Assembly: GCA_045106895.1 (NCBI GenBank)
Contig: JBGCFM010000069.1
Location: forward strand, 1 to 64,000
DNA: 64,000 nucleotides
Source: Polyangiales bacterium
Lineage (GTDB): Bacteria > Myxococcota_A > Polyangia > Polyangiales > Houyiibacteriaceae
Reading direction: 5' to 3'
How positions within the stretch are numbered: position 1 is the first letter of the stretch; each line of letters opens with the position of its first letter. This document shows, piece after piece, positions 19,190 to 28,847 of the stretch. Both the position numbers and the translations under genes were made by a program. The notes beneath the pieces were generated by a model, which saw nothing but the letters and a program-made list of their open reading frames with translations, was not told where the DNA came from and ran no database searches.

Positions 19190-21373
19190 ATGCCCAAAGG
19201 TAGTCCCACTGTGACCACTCGTTTTTACGCCCTTGCTCTTCTCCTGAGCCTTGGAATCACGGGCTGCGACGTCATCGACGACTTTACCGCTCGCTCGGTT
19301 CCGACCCCGCCCGAGCCAACTCCGGTCGTGGCTCCTCCTGTGGCGGAGGTCGTGGATGAGGAGCCGGAGCTCCTCGAGCCCATGACGCTTTGGGAGAACG
19401 GCGCCAGGGCCGACGATGTGGAGGGCTCCTCCGCCCGCGCGGACGGATATTTGCCTCTCGACCTCGGCGAGGCGTGGACGCCCTACCTTTTCACCGACCG
19501 GCCGGGCATGCCGAACGCCTACCGCTCCACGTACCTCTCTTTGGCCCGCGGCGAGTTCCCCGAAGACCACCACGGCGACCGCGCACGCCGCGACGAGTAC
19601 CTCGAGCTCTACGGCATCATGCCCACGCTCGGTCTCCTTCGTCAGCGACTTCTGGAGCGCAGCGGCCTCGAGTGTGCAGACGACCTGGACGTCTCCGCCC
19701 TCGAGTCCTTCGACGGTTTCATCGCCTACCGCAACAACGACCGCGCGCGCCGCGATGCGCGCCGCTTCATTCGCAACGAAACCCGCGTCGCCGAGCTCGT
19801 CGCCGAAGCCGGCGCCGAAGACGCCTCCGAGCTCGACCAGGACTCTCTGGAACGCCGCGACCGTACGCGGGTTCGTGACTACCTCGCCCAGCGCGAAGAC
19901 GTCGCCGCCATTCGTGCGACGCAGGACCGCCTCGTCTGCGAAGGATTCTTCGGCGACACACAGTTTACACGTGGTGCGATGGACTGGGCGACGCATGAGG
20001 CGCTCGCGAAGTTTGAGCGCCGACACCGAATCTACGGCTGGGGCTACATTGGCCGCGGGACCCTCGATGCCCTTCGCCTCCCGGTTCTCGTCAATGAGCA
20101 GGAGGACGTCATTCGTGTCCTCATCGAACGATCCATGCACGCCCTCGGCGTCATCGAAGACGGCAGCCGCAGTCTTGTGCGCGAAGGCGAAGCTCGCACC
20201 TACGAAGATGCCGCCGGAGAAGAGCATCCCCTGCCGAACTTCGAAGAGAGCCTGCGCGAGACCTTGGTGACCTCCTTTGGCCTTCAAACTCCGGAGTCGA
20301 CGCTCGAGTGGCTGGAGAGCCTCGGGGAGCTCGAGGCCGGCGAGCACAAAGTCGTCGCCGTTCAAGCCCCTGAGCTGCCGGCCTACTACGCGCAAGAGAT
20401 GGACCTTGAGTTCGAGACCGACCGCGGCGACGTCTGGTACGAGTTTCCTTATGACGCCGAAGGCAATGAGCGCTCACAGCCCGTCGCCCGCAGGCCGCGT
20501 CTGACGGTGTACGTCCGTTACGAAGGCCAGCGCATTCCCCTCGCGCGTTTCGGGACCACCATCGGCGGCTGGCGCAGCGAGACCGTCGACGGCACCGTGA
20601 TGTGGAAATACAAGGGCAGCGAAGTTGGTCCGCGCGCCATCAGCCGCATCGTGTCCTCGCCCGTGTGGTTGCCGCCGGAGAGCACGCCCGCGCGTTCACT
20701 GCTGACCCGAAGCCGCGTGCGCGGCGAACGCTTTGCGGTCAACTACCACGAGACGGGACCGAGCTACGCGAGCGCTTACGGTCTCGTCGCCGCCTACCAC
20801 CAGAAGTTCCGTGAGAACGAAGATGGGAGCATTCGCCTCGGCGGAGACGAAGGCATCCGAACGCATGGCTCCGTAGACTATATGTCCATCATGCGACGCC
20901 ATAGTCATGGGTGTCACCGACTCCACAACCACATCGCCGTGCGTTTGATGTCCTTCATTTTGCGTCATCGTCCGCACCATCGCGAAGGCCAGCAGTCCCT
21001 CGCGTTTCGACGCAACCTTGAAGTCGACGGTTCGACGTACAACCTGGCCATCGACAATGGCGGATACGTGTTTCGCCTCGACGAACCCCTCCGCGTGACG
21101 GTCCTCGAAGGGCGCATTCGCGGCGCACGGCAGACGCCCATCACGATTCCACTTCCCAAGTACGACCGTGAAGTCGGTGCTTTCGTCATGCCCGACGGAC
21201 AGACCGTGAGTGTCGATCGTCTCGGCAATATTACGCCCATCACGTTGCCCGACGCAGGTCTCGACGGCGCCGTCGAAGGCGGAATGGACGGCGGAGTCGA
21301 CGCAGGCGTCGATGCCGGGGCGCCGACGGCCTCGCCTCCGGTTGCGATGGCAGCGCCGGCGACGGCAGGCTAA
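19190..21373 (+). CDS. Lipoprotein with peptidoglycan-binding-like region and L,D-transpeptidase (YkuD-like) catalytic domain
   Basis: Lipobox GITGC; THEALAKFERRH (PG-binding-like); PVWLPP; THGS...SHGCHRLHN catalytic motif; DAG-rich tail. Start at 19190 or 19211. Confidence 0.78.
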   Translation: MPKGSPTVTTRFYALALLLSLGITGCDVIDDFTARSVPTPPEPTPVVAPPVAEVVDEEPELLEPMTLWENGARADDVEGSSARADGYLPLDLGEAWTPYLFTDRPGMPNAYRSTYLSLARGEFPEDHHGDRARRDEYLELYGIMPTLGLLRQRLLERSGLECADDLDVSALESFDGFIAYRNNDRARRDARRFIRNETRVAELVAEAGAEDASELDQDSLERRDRTRVRDYLAQREDVAAIRATQDRLVCEGFFGDTQFTRGAMDWATHEALAKFERRHRIYGWGYIGRGTLDALRLPVLVNEQEDVIRVLIERSMHALGVIEDGSRSLVREGEARTYEDAAGEEHPLPNFEESLRETLVTSFGLQTPESTLEWLESLGELEAGEHKVVAVQAPELPAYYAQEMDLEFETDRGDVWYEFPYDAEGNERSQPVARRPRLTVYVRYEGQRIPLARFGTTIGGWRSETVDGTVMWKYKGSEVGPRAISRIVSSPVWLPPESTPARSLLTRSRVRGERFAVNYHETGPSYASAYGLVAAYHQKFRENEDGSIRLGGDEGIRTHGSVDYMSIMRRHSHGCHRLHNHIAVRLMSFILRHRPHHREGQQSLAFRRNLEVDGSTYNLAIDNGGYVFRLDEPLRVTVLEGRIRGARQTPITIPLPKYDREVGAFVMPDGQTVSVDRLGNITPITLPDAGLDGAVEGGMDGGVDAGVDAGAPTASPPVAMAAPATAG

Positions 21374-21383
21374 GAGCGCTTCT

Positions 21384-21671
21384 GTGTTCGAAGAGCTACA
21401 TCCCGAGAGCGGCGTACGCGTCCGACTCGACTTGAAATCGAAGAGCGCGGAAGCCGCGCACTATTCGCTCACACTCTTCTTTCGGGACGCACATCGCGAG
21501 CACGGGGAAGCGACGGTTCCGCCGGAAGGCGGAATCGAGATTCAGGGGCTCACCGACGCCCCCGCATACGCGCAAGCCGCGGCGAAGGCGTTTCTTCGTC
21601 AGACACAGGGGAGCTTCCGTTCTGCAGGGCGGTGGCCTCGCCGCGTCTTACGCTGGCGCGCCGAGCGATAG
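21384..21671 (+). CDS. Small hypothetical protein
   Basis: GTG 10 nt after the upstream stop; coding-like frame ending WPRRVLRWRAER. Confidence 0.55.
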   Translation: MFEELHPESGVRVRLDLKSKSAEAAHYSLTLFFRDAHREHGEATVPPEGGIEIQGLTDAPAYAQAAAKAFLRQTQGSFRSAGRWPRRVLRWRAER

Positions 21672-22187
21672 CCCGAAGCCGACAAGAGCCGCCACGAGCA
21701 GCAGAAAGAAGAGCGAAGCTACGTGGCGGGGGCGTCGCTTTTTCTGCAGCGCTGGAAACTCGACGCTGAGAATATTGCCGCCGCTGGCGTCGACGAGCAG
21801 TACACCATCGACGTCGTAGGCCGTCGCGTATTCGAGGAGCTGTCGTCGCGTCGCGGCGTTTGTGGCGGAGGGGGCCTTCTCACCTGCTTTGGCGTCGGCC
21901 ACATAACGACGTCCTCGTCGCTCTAAGAGAAAGTCGGCGCGTAGGTGCGTGGTTACCTTTTTGCCGTCGACGAGAAAGGTCAGGGCTTTCGTCGTTTGCG
22001 TGTCGAGGACACGGTATCCCTTCGCGATGAGCAGTTTCTTTGCGCGGCTCTCCCCTCTTTTTCCGAGGCGCCGAGCTCGCGCGGCGTTTCGTTTTCCCTG
22101 ACCGCTTCGGTAGGCGAGTGACGCGGAGAGGACCAGCAGCAGTCCAAGCGCGGCGAAAGCCAAAGCCTCATGAGTCCACGTCGGCAT
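21648..22187 (-). CDS. Membrane-anchored PD-(D/E)XK nuclease-fold protein (YraN-like core)
   Basis: N- and C-terminal TM helices; GKRGESRAKKLLIAKGYRVL, RADFL, VADAKAG and RRQLLEY motifs. Confidence 0.7.
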   Translation of the reverse strand: MPTWTHEALAFAALGLLLVLSASLAYRSGQGKRNAARARRLGKRGESRAKKLLIAKGYRVLDTQTTKALTFLVDGKKVTTHLRADFLLERRGRRYVADAKAGEKAPSATNAATRRQLLEYATAYDVDGVLLVDASGGNILSVEFPALQKKRRPRHVASLFFLLLVAALVGFGLSLGAPA

Positions 22188-22298
22188 GACGCATGGCAGC
22201 TCATCACACCGCTCAGGTCAAAAAAGCGCGGGAATCATCGATGCCTTCGGGCGTGAGTAACGCTGTACCCGTCTGTCGGGCTTCGCTAGAGTTGCGCG

Positions 22299-23495
22299 GT
22301 GAACCCCCTCCATATTCGCTCCCGAAGCGACGCATCCCTGATGACGGCGCTTCTCCAGGACGACTTTGTCGTTCGTGTCCGCAAGCGCCTCGAAGAGGCC
22401 GACAAGAGTGGTCCCCGTCACACGCGGCGGCAGCTCCTCGGCACTTCGCTTCGCCTCACGGACGCCATGTCACCGGACCTGGCGAAGATGACCGAGCATT
22501 GCCGAGCGGCTCTCGGCGTCGACATCCCTCTCGAGACCTATGTGTATGCGAGCCCGCATTTTAACGCGGCCTGCGTGAAACCCGAGAAGGGGCGTCTGTT
22601 CATCATGCTCTCGTCGAGCCTTCTCGAAGCCTTCGACGAAGCGGAGCTCTGCTTTGTGATGGGGCACGAGCTTGGGCACTACCTCTATGGCCACCACGAT
22701 GTTCCCATTGGAACAATTCTTCAGGGAGAGCAAAAGCCAAGCCCAGAGCTCGCGCTTCGGCTTTTTGCTTGGTCACGATACGCGGAGATAAGCGCCGACC
22801 GCGCAGGCGCGTTGTGCGCTCAGGATTTCGGCGCCGTGGCTCGCTCCCTTTTTCGGTTGGCCAGCGGCCTCAAGGGCTCCCTCGTCTCCCTTCGCATCGA
22901 GGACTTCGCGCAGCAGGTCGATGAGATGCGCTACGAGAGCGAACCCGGGGACGGTCCGCCGATGAGCGATTGGTTTTCGACGCATCCATTTTCGCCATTG
23001 CGCGTGAAGGCTCTCGAACATTACGCAGGCTCCGCCCTCGTCACGGACAGCGGCTTCGACATCGATACGTTGGAGGCTCGCGTCGAGACACTCATGGCGC
23101 TGATGGAACCGAACTACCTGGATGAGACGAGCGATGTCGCCGAGAGCATGCGGCGGCTTCTTTTTGCCGCTGCCGTTTCGTTGATGAGCGTCGACGGGGA
23201 GGTTCATGCGGACGAGATCGCCGCCTTCGAGAAGTTCTTTGGGGAAGGGGCGTACAAAGCGAAGCTCGACATCGACGGCATTCGCGCGGACCTGGAACGC
23301 CGTGTTGAAGATGCGCGCTCCACGGTTCCACATGCGCGCCGCCTGCAGGTCCTCCGGGACCTGTGCGTGATCGCGAAGGCCGACCGCCGGGTCTCCGACG
23401 AGGAGACCGCATTCATTCGCCGTGTGGCGCGTTCACTTGATGTCGCCATCAGCGTTATCGATCAGACGCTCAACGCGGACGCAGAACTCGACTGA
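22299..23495 (+). CDS. M48 family zinc metallopeptidase fused to a C-terminal TerB-like domain
   Basis: FNAA, GHELGH, SRYAEISADR, STHPF..LR; TerB-like VDGEVHADE and IAKADRRVSDEE. Confidence 0.85.
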   Translation: MNPLHIRSRSDASLMTALLQDDFVVRVRKRLEEADKSGPRHTRRQLLGTSLRLTDAMSPDLAKMTEHCRAALGVDIPLETYVYASPHFNAACVKPEKGRLFIMLSSSLLEAFDEAELCFVMGHELGHYLYGHHDVPIGTILQGEQKPSPELALRLFAWSRYAEISADRAGALCAQDFGAVARSLFRLASGLKGSLVSLRIEDFAQQVDEMRYESEPGDGPPMSDWFSTHPFSPLRVKALEHYAGSALVTDSGFDIDTLEARVETLMALMEPNYLDETSDVAESMRRLLFAAAVSLMSVDGEVHADEIAAFEKFFGEGAYKAKLDIDGIRADLERRVEDARSTVPHARRLQVLRDLCVIAKADRRVSDEETAFIRRVARSLDVAISVIDQTLNADAELD

Positions 23496-23559
23496 CACGG
23501 AGGTCTGAGCCGTTTCAGTGAACACGCAACACTCGCCGGCAACGAGCGAGGAGGTACCT

Positions 23560-24462
23560 ATGCGCATCTCCTCCAAGGCTCATGTTCGCTCGGTCCTATC
23601 CACGGAACTGCCCGCGGAGCTAAAGGAGGTCGATTGCGCGGAGCGCGTGTTTATCCGAGGCAGCTGTGACTGGACCCGTCCGAGAGTCGGAATCGTGGGG
23701 ACCCGCGCGGCGGACCCAGAGGCGCTGCGTTTTGCGCACGCACTCGGAGCCGCCGCCGCACGTGCAGGGTGCATCGTGGTTAGCGGCGGTGCGATCGGCG
23801 TTGACGCGGCGGCGCATCAGGGCGCCCTGGACGCGGGTGGGGAGACCCTCGCCGTCCTCGCAACCGGTGTCCGCACGGCATACCCGCGCGCGCATGCGAA
23901 GCTGTTTGCGCGCGTCGCGGAGCAAGGTGCGCTCCTCTCGGAGTACGATGACGCGCACGGTTTTCCCGGGCGCTTCATTGCGCGAAATCGACTCATTGCG
24001 GCGTTGAGTCGTACGACTGTGGTCGTGCAGGCTCCAGCACGAAGCGGCGCACTCTCCACCGCGCGCGTCGCGAAGAAGCTCGGCCGAGAACTCTACGCCG
24101 TCGCGACGAGCCCATGGAATCTTCGCGGCCGCGGAAATCTGGACCTCATCGACGCTGGGGCCCGCGTGTTGACGCGACCTACATCACTCTTTGAGGCACA
24201 AAGTCAGAGCGCTTTGTGTCCGCAGGGCACGCTCTGCCTCGAAGCGCCGGAGGTGAAGACTTCACCTCTCACCGGCCGGCCGCATCCGAACCCGGAGGCA
24301 GCCAAGGTCCTTCGCGCTTTGAGCTCCAGGCCCGCGCACATTGATGAACTCAGTGAACTCACGTCGCTCACCGCAGGGCACCTCCAGAGCGTCCTCCTTC
24401 AATTGTTGATTGACGGGTTCGTGGAAGAGCGTGCGGGTTCGCGCTACGTTCTTGCTGATTGA
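23560..24462 (+). CDS. dprA: DNA-processing protein DprA
   Basis: GIVGTR, VSGGAIGVDAAAH, FIARNRLIAALS, SGALSTA; C-terminal winged helix; GAGGAGG RBS. Confidence 0.93.
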   Translation: MRISSKAHVRSVLSTELPAELKEVDCAERVFIRGSCDWTRPRVGIVGTRAADPEALRFAHALGAAAARAGCIVVSGGAIGVDAAAHQGALDAGGETLAVLATGVRTAYPRAHAKLFARVAEQGALLSEYDDAHGFPGRFIARNRLIAALSRTTVVVQAPARSGALSTARVAKKLGRELYAVATSPWNLRGRGNLDLIDAGARVLTRPTSLFEAQSQSALCPQGTLCLEAPEVKTSPLTGRPHPNPEAAKVLRALSSRPAHIDELSELTSLTAGHLQSVLLQLLIDGFVEERAGSRYVLAD

Positions 24463-24463
24463 A

Positions 24464-24820
24464 TCAACCGTCGAGCTTCATCTGTAGTTCCTCCACCGTG
24501 AACGGTTTGCTGATGAAAAAGTCCGCGCCGGCGTCTCGAGCGCGGTTCTTCATATCGACGGTGCTCTCGGAAGTGACAAAGCCGAAGCGGGTCGAATTTC
24601 CCTTGGCGCGGACCGCTTCAAGAAGCTCGATGCCGGTCATCTCCGGCATGTTCCAGTCGGACAGAACGAGGTCAGGGTGTTCCGCCGCCATCACGGCGAG
24701 GGCACCGATTCCGTTTTCGGCCTCGACGACCTCCATTCCTCCCTTCACATCACACTTTCGTAGGGAGCGGCGAACGATCATACGCATCGCCTTTGAGTCA
24801 TCCACAACCAGTATCTTCAT
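24464..24820 (-). CDS. Single-domain response regulator (CheY-like)
   Basis: VVDDS, LSDWNMP, FVTSE and KPFT motifs. Confidence 0.93.
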   Translation of the reverse strand: MKILVVDDSKAMRMIVRRSLRKCDVKGGMEVVEAENGIGALAVMAAEHPDLVLSDWNMPEMTGIELLEAVRAKGNSTRFGFVTSESTVDMKNRARDAGADFFISKPFTVEELQMKLDG

Positions 24821-24843
24821 CGAAATCCCTCTTTCTTATGGGC

Positions 24844-26187
24844 TTACTTTGAGAGCAGCCATGTTATTCCACCGAAGCTGTCCTCGAAGGTCGTGCGGTG
24901 CATGCTTTCCCGAAGCCAAAGGTCGGTGTCCGTCATTCGGCGGAACCCGCGCACGCGAAGATGCGGGTTGCCTTCGATGTCGTTGAAGCAGCGACTCTGG
25001 ACGTTCAAGATCTCTTTCATGCCCTCTTCCAAGTCTTCATGAAGCTCTTCGGAGGCTACGCTCTCAGCGAGCACGTCGTCGCCGAGCATCATGAGCGTGC
25101 CGCCCTGGTAGACGGTCGCTTTCAGGTCGACAACGAGGGCACCGAGCACCGTTCCGTCGTCGTCCACGAGTTCGGTGAAGTAGTGAACCACAGGCGCGTA
25201 GCTTTGAAGTGATTCGTCGATTTTCATCGTGACTTGCGAGTCCATGAGCTCCGACAACGCGCGTGCGTAGGCTTCTGGACTAGGCGTGGCCAACAATGGT
25301 TCGGAGTCGGGAGGAGGCGGAAGGGCGGCGGATTCCTCGGGGTTCTGCGCGAGTTCACTTGCGTCTGCGCCTCCGGCCTGCTCCGCGTCCGACGCTTGCT
25401 TCTCTTCTTTCCCGCTCGGCGGGCTTCCTGGGTTTGAAGCGTCTGCCCCATCCGTCGCAGGTGCATTCTTCGCGGAGTCTGTCTCTGAACTTGCCGGAGC
25501 GGCTTTTCCTGAGTCGACATCGCCTGGGCTGACATCGCCTGAGCTGACACCGCCTGAGCTGACACCGCCTGAGCCGACACCGCCTGAGCCGACATCCGCT
25601 TCTGACGCCCTTCGCTCAACGCCCGCGTCTCCCGTGCCGCTCGCTTTGGCGGGAGTGGCATCCGCACTTGTTGGCTCGGCCGCGCCACTTCCGTTGCTCC
25701 GTGGTGCGGTCGCTGGTTGACCGGCTCCTTCTGTCTGCGCGCCGTGGTTCGTGGCTGCGCTTCGTGCAACGGTATCGCCTCGTCGACGCACGGCGTCTTG
25801 CGCCAAACGCTTGAGCGTGTGCTCAAGCTCTTCAAGTCGATGCTCAAAGGCTTTGCACTTTTCGACGAGACGCGCGAAATCACGTGGCCGAATCGGCTCG
25901 TCGGTGTGCTCTTCCGGGTTCCAGGGCTCGAGTTCTTCCCCTTCGATGCGGTAGTTTGGGTGTTCGGCGGCAAACGCGGCGCGTACAGAGGCAACAAAGT
26001 CGGTTCCCCGGCAAGATGCGACGACGCGGAGGATTTTGGTTTCACCCTTTACCCACGTGCGCTGCGGCTTGTAGTGGCCACTCGCGACGCGCGTTAGTTT
26101 GTCGAGCACGAGGACCCACCCGTCGTGGCGACGGCGGAGCGCCTTCAGCGCGACTCCCGTGTCGCTTCCGTGGGCTTGGCTAAGCAC
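24844..26187 (-). CDS. Chemosensory-associated protein: unknown N-terminal domain, coiled coil, disordered linker, CheC/CheX-like C-terminal domain (paralogue A)
   Basis: C-terminal KEILNV (E-x2-N); clear similarity to 36932..37897; directly upstream of a CheY-like gene. Confidence 0.7.
   Translation of the reverse strand: MLSQAHGSDTGVALKALRRRHDGWVLVLDKLTRVASGHYKPQRTWVKGETKILRVVASCRGTDFVASVRAAFAAEHPNYRIEGEELEPWNPEEHTDEPIRPRDFARLVEKCKAFEHRLEELEHTLKRLAQDAVRRRGDTVARSAATNHGAQTEGAGQPATAPRSNGSGAAEPTSADATPAKASGTGDAGVERRASEADVGSGGVGSGGVSSGGVSSGDVSPGDVDSGKAAPASSETDSAKNAPATDGADASNPGSPPSGKEEKQASDAEQAGGADASELAQNPEESAALPPPPDSEPLLATPSPEAYARALSELMDSQVTMKIDESLQSYAPVVHYFTELVDDDGTVLGALVVDLKATVYQGGTLMMLGDDVLAESVASEELHEDLEEGMKEILNVQSRCFNDIEGNPHLRVRGFRRMTDTDLWLRESMHRTTFEDSFGGITWLLSK
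25508..25597. repeat. Intragenic 15-bp tandem repeat, 6 copies, encoding (G/D)V(G/S/D)(S/P)G pentapeptides
   Basis: Consensus cctgagctgacaccg x6 read directly. Confidence 0.9.
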
Positions 26188-26294
26188 CTCGATCTCTACG
26201 GCTGATAGGTCACCGCTTTTTAGGGGTATGCGCGCGTCTTCGAGAGAAGAGTTCCGCTTCTAAAGAGATCCCTGCGCCCGCCGTAACCTCCTGC

Positions 26295-27122
26295 ATGCCG
26301 AACGTGGCCCAACCAATCGAACCGACCGCGAACCACGAGCCGCCCGCCGTTGTGTGCAGACTCGGCGACCGGCTCTTCGCCGTGTCTTCGACGCTTGTGG
26401 AGTCGATGGTGCAGCTTCCGCCGGTGACGCGCGTTCCCGAGACGCCCCAATATGTGCGTGGAGTGATCAACCTGCGCGGCCGTATCCTGAAGGTGATCGA
26501 TCTTCGTCGCCGTTTGGGAATCCAGTCCCTCGCGGAGGAGTCCAAGGCTTTCACGGACATGCTGACGCAACGCCTCGGGGAGCATCGGGCCTGGCTCGAC
26601 GCGCTGCGGAAGTCGGTGGAGACACAAACTCGATTCACGGGAGAACTCGACCCGACGAAGTGCGGCTTCGGACGTTGGTACACGGAGTTCGAAACCAATG
26701 ACGTGGTTCTTCGCGCTGTGTTTCAGCGTTTCGACAAACCCCACCGAGCGATTCATGCTTTGGGACACGAGGTGAGCGACATGGTTCGGCGTGGCGAACA
26801 CGACGCCGCCCGGGATCGCATTGCCAAAGCCGAAGCGACAGAGCTGCGGGTCCTTGAGCACCTCTTTGCGACAACCGCCGAAACCTATCTTCGGTCACGC
26901 CGCGAGATCGCGATTGTTCTTGGGAGAAACGGTGCGGAGACAGCGACCGTCGTGGACCAAGTCGTCGCCGTCGAACATCTCGAGGAAGTAGACGACAGCG
27001 CCACGGAGAACGCGGCCATCGCCGCAGGAGCCGAGTCGATGATCAGCGGAATAAGCCGCCGGCCGCGGACGGAAAACGAGCTGGTGTTCACGCTTTGTGA
27101 ACATGTTGTGTTGGAGGTCTGA
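26295..27122 (+). CDS. cheW: CheW with an inserted chemoreceptor zinc-binding (CZB) domain
   Basis: VTRVPETPQYVRGVINLRGRILKVIDLR (CheW), then EHRAW...KCGFGRWY...HRAIH (CZB 3His/1Cys), then CheW resumes at IAIVL...VVDQVVAV. Confidence 0.85.
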   Translation: MPNVAQPIEPTANHEPPAVVCRLGDRLFAVSSTLVESMVQLPPVTRVPETPQYVRGVINLRGRILKVIDLRRRLGIQSLAEESKAFTDMLTQRLGEHRAWLDALRKSVETQTRFTGELDPTKCGFGRWYTEFETNDVVLRAVFQRFDKPHRAIHALGHEVSDMVRRGEHDAARDRIAKAEATELRVLEHLFATTAETYLRSRREIAIVLGRNGAETATVVDQVVAVEHLEEVDDSATENAAIAAGAESMISGISRRPRTENELVFTLCEHVVLEV

Positions 27123-27123
27123 G

Positions 27124-27510
27124 ATGCCGAAGCGATATCCATCCAGCGACGCGCTGCTCTTGAAGCGCATCCGCGATACGCACGTGGTCTGCAACGACGT
27201 GCTCGACGAACTCATCCGGGTACAGCAGTCATTTTGGAAGCCCTTTGGCCGCGTCGCCATCGAACTCGGCTACATGCGCATCGGGCACGTTGCCAAGGTT
27301 CTCAGCGTTCAAGCGACGAATCCACAAAAGTCGTTTGGAGAATGCGCGCGGGGCTGCGGGTTTCTTCGGACGTCGCAGGTCGAGCACATCCTCATGCACC
27401 AGCAAGCTCTCGTGCCATCTCTCGCCGATATTCTTGTCTCGGAAATGGTTCTCGAAGAACACGAAGTTGCACAACTCTTGGAAGCTCCGTCGTTGGTACA
27501 AAGTCTATGA
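27124..27510 (+). CDS. Small protein made of MshEN/GspE-N-like helical repeats
   Basis: KPFGRVAIELGYM...VLSVQ, KSFGECARGCGFL...ILMHQ and SLADILVSEMVL repeats; ATGA overlap with the porin gene. Confidence 0.65.
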   Translation: MPKRYPSSDALLLKRIRDTHVVCNDVLDELIRVQQSFWKPFGRVAIELGYMRIGHVAKVLSVQATNPQKSFGECARGCGFLRTSQVEHILMHQQALVPSLADILVSEMVLEEHEVAQLLEAPSLVQSL

Positions 27511-28826
27511 AAAGCAAAACTTCATTTCTCGCTGTCGTCTTCCTTATAGCGCTCTGCACGGAGGGTCATGCGATGGCGCAGAGCGCTGAAGCCGAAGTGC
27601 CGGGCCCGAGGACCGAGTCGCACCCCAACAGTCCGGCCGCGTCGGAAGGCGATGAGGCCTTGGCCTTCGCCCCACACGTGAGTTCGGAGCCAAGGGATGA
27701 GCCCAGTCCGCGGGAAACCGCTGCCGATCTACCTTCTCCAGTTCCCTCGCAGGATACGAACGGTCCGACCGCACAGAGTCCAGCGGAGCCTGACGCGGAA
27801 GCGGAGGAAGCGCCGAGTCCGTTTTCGTACCTGGTGTTCGCCGATGCGTACGCGGGCGTCAGTACAAACTTGGCGGGAACGGGGCGAAGCCCGGGGCCTA
27901 CCTTCGCGTTCGCTCCAGAAAACGGCGTAGGTCTGGCCTTCGCGGGTGCAGACCTCCGTTACAATACGCGCTATTTCGGGGCCTCCGTCGATGTGCGTGC
28001 GGGTTCCGCCGTACCTGTGCTCTTGGGCTCGGACCTCACCGTGCTCGGCGCCGTGGGCTTGAAGCAAGCCTTCATATCCCTTCGCCCGGTCCCTGCGCTA
28101 CGTATCGACGCCGGCCAGTTCGATACGATCTATGGCGCAGAGGTTTCGGAGAGTTGGCTCAACGCGAACTATACACGGGGCGCACTCTACTTTGTCGCGC
28201 AGCCCTTTTTCCACACGGGCCTTCGGGTCAACGCAGAGCTTCCTGGCGGAATCGAGCTTCGCGCGCTCGCCGTCCAGGGATGGAACTCCGTCATCGACAA
28301 CAACGAAGGAAAGTCCTTCGGGGCACAGTTCGCCTGGAGCGGGGAGAACGCGAGCGTGAGCGCCGGCTATATTGGCGGTCCCGAGCAAGCGTCCATGGTG
28401 GAACAGGCGCGAATGCCAGGAGTGAACGGGCGGTGGCGCCACTTAGTCGACGTTGTGGCTCAGCTGAAGGCGGGGCCAGTTTCGTTTCTCGTGAACGCGG
28501 ACTACATCCGCGAAGAGGTCAGCGGCGGGTCCTTCTCCCAAGCGTATGGAGGAATGCTGACGCTTCGCTATGGATTTGCTCCCTTTGCCATCGCACTTCG
28601 TGCGGAGGTTCTCAACGACGCCGACGGCCTCTTTTTGGGTGTGCCAGACATGGTTCTCGGTACAGGAACCGCGACCTTTGAGGTGACGCCGGTGGAAGGT
28701 GTCGTTCTGCGATTGGACGCTCGCTACGACGCCGCGAGCGACGCCGTTTTCGCCACCGGCGCCGATGGCTTCAGCAACGACGCGTTCCGGGTTGTTCTCG
28801 GAGCCGTCGTCCACAGCGGACAATAG
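27507..28826 (+). CDS. Outer-membrane beta-barrel porin (putative porin-2/OmpL-like)
   Basis: Signal peptide; LKQAF, GQFDTIYGAEVSESWLNANYTR, PFFHTGLR, QGWNSVIDNNEGKSFG motifs. Confidence 0.8.
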   Translation: MKSKTSFLAVVFLIALCTEGHAMAQSAEAEVPGPRTESHPNSPAASEGDEALAFAPHVSSEPRDEPSPRETAADLPSPVPSQDTNGPTAQSPAEPDAEAEEAPSPFSYLVFADAYAGVSTNLAGTGRSPGPTFAFAPENGVGLAFAGADLRYNTRYFGASVDVRAGSAVPVLLGSDLTVLGAVGLKQAFISLRPVPALRIDAGQFDTIYGAEVSESWLNANYTRGALYFVAQPFFHTGLRVNAELPGGIELRALAVQGWNSVIDNNEGKSFGAQFAWSGENASVSAGYIGGPEQASMVEQARMPGVNGRWRHLVDVVAQLKAGPVSFLVNADYIREEVSGGSFSQAYGGMLTLRYGFAPFAIALRAEVLNDADGLFLGVPDMVLGTGTATFEVTPVEGVVLRLDARYDAASDAVFATGADGFSNDAFRVVLGAVVHSGQ

Positions 28827-28847
28827 CGAAGAAAGGGAAGGGCGCTC

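Noticed and set aside
23560..24462. DprA lacking its N-terminal SAM-like domain as a pseudogene
   Set aside because: Strong RBS, intact Rossmann core and winged helix; short DprA variants are known.
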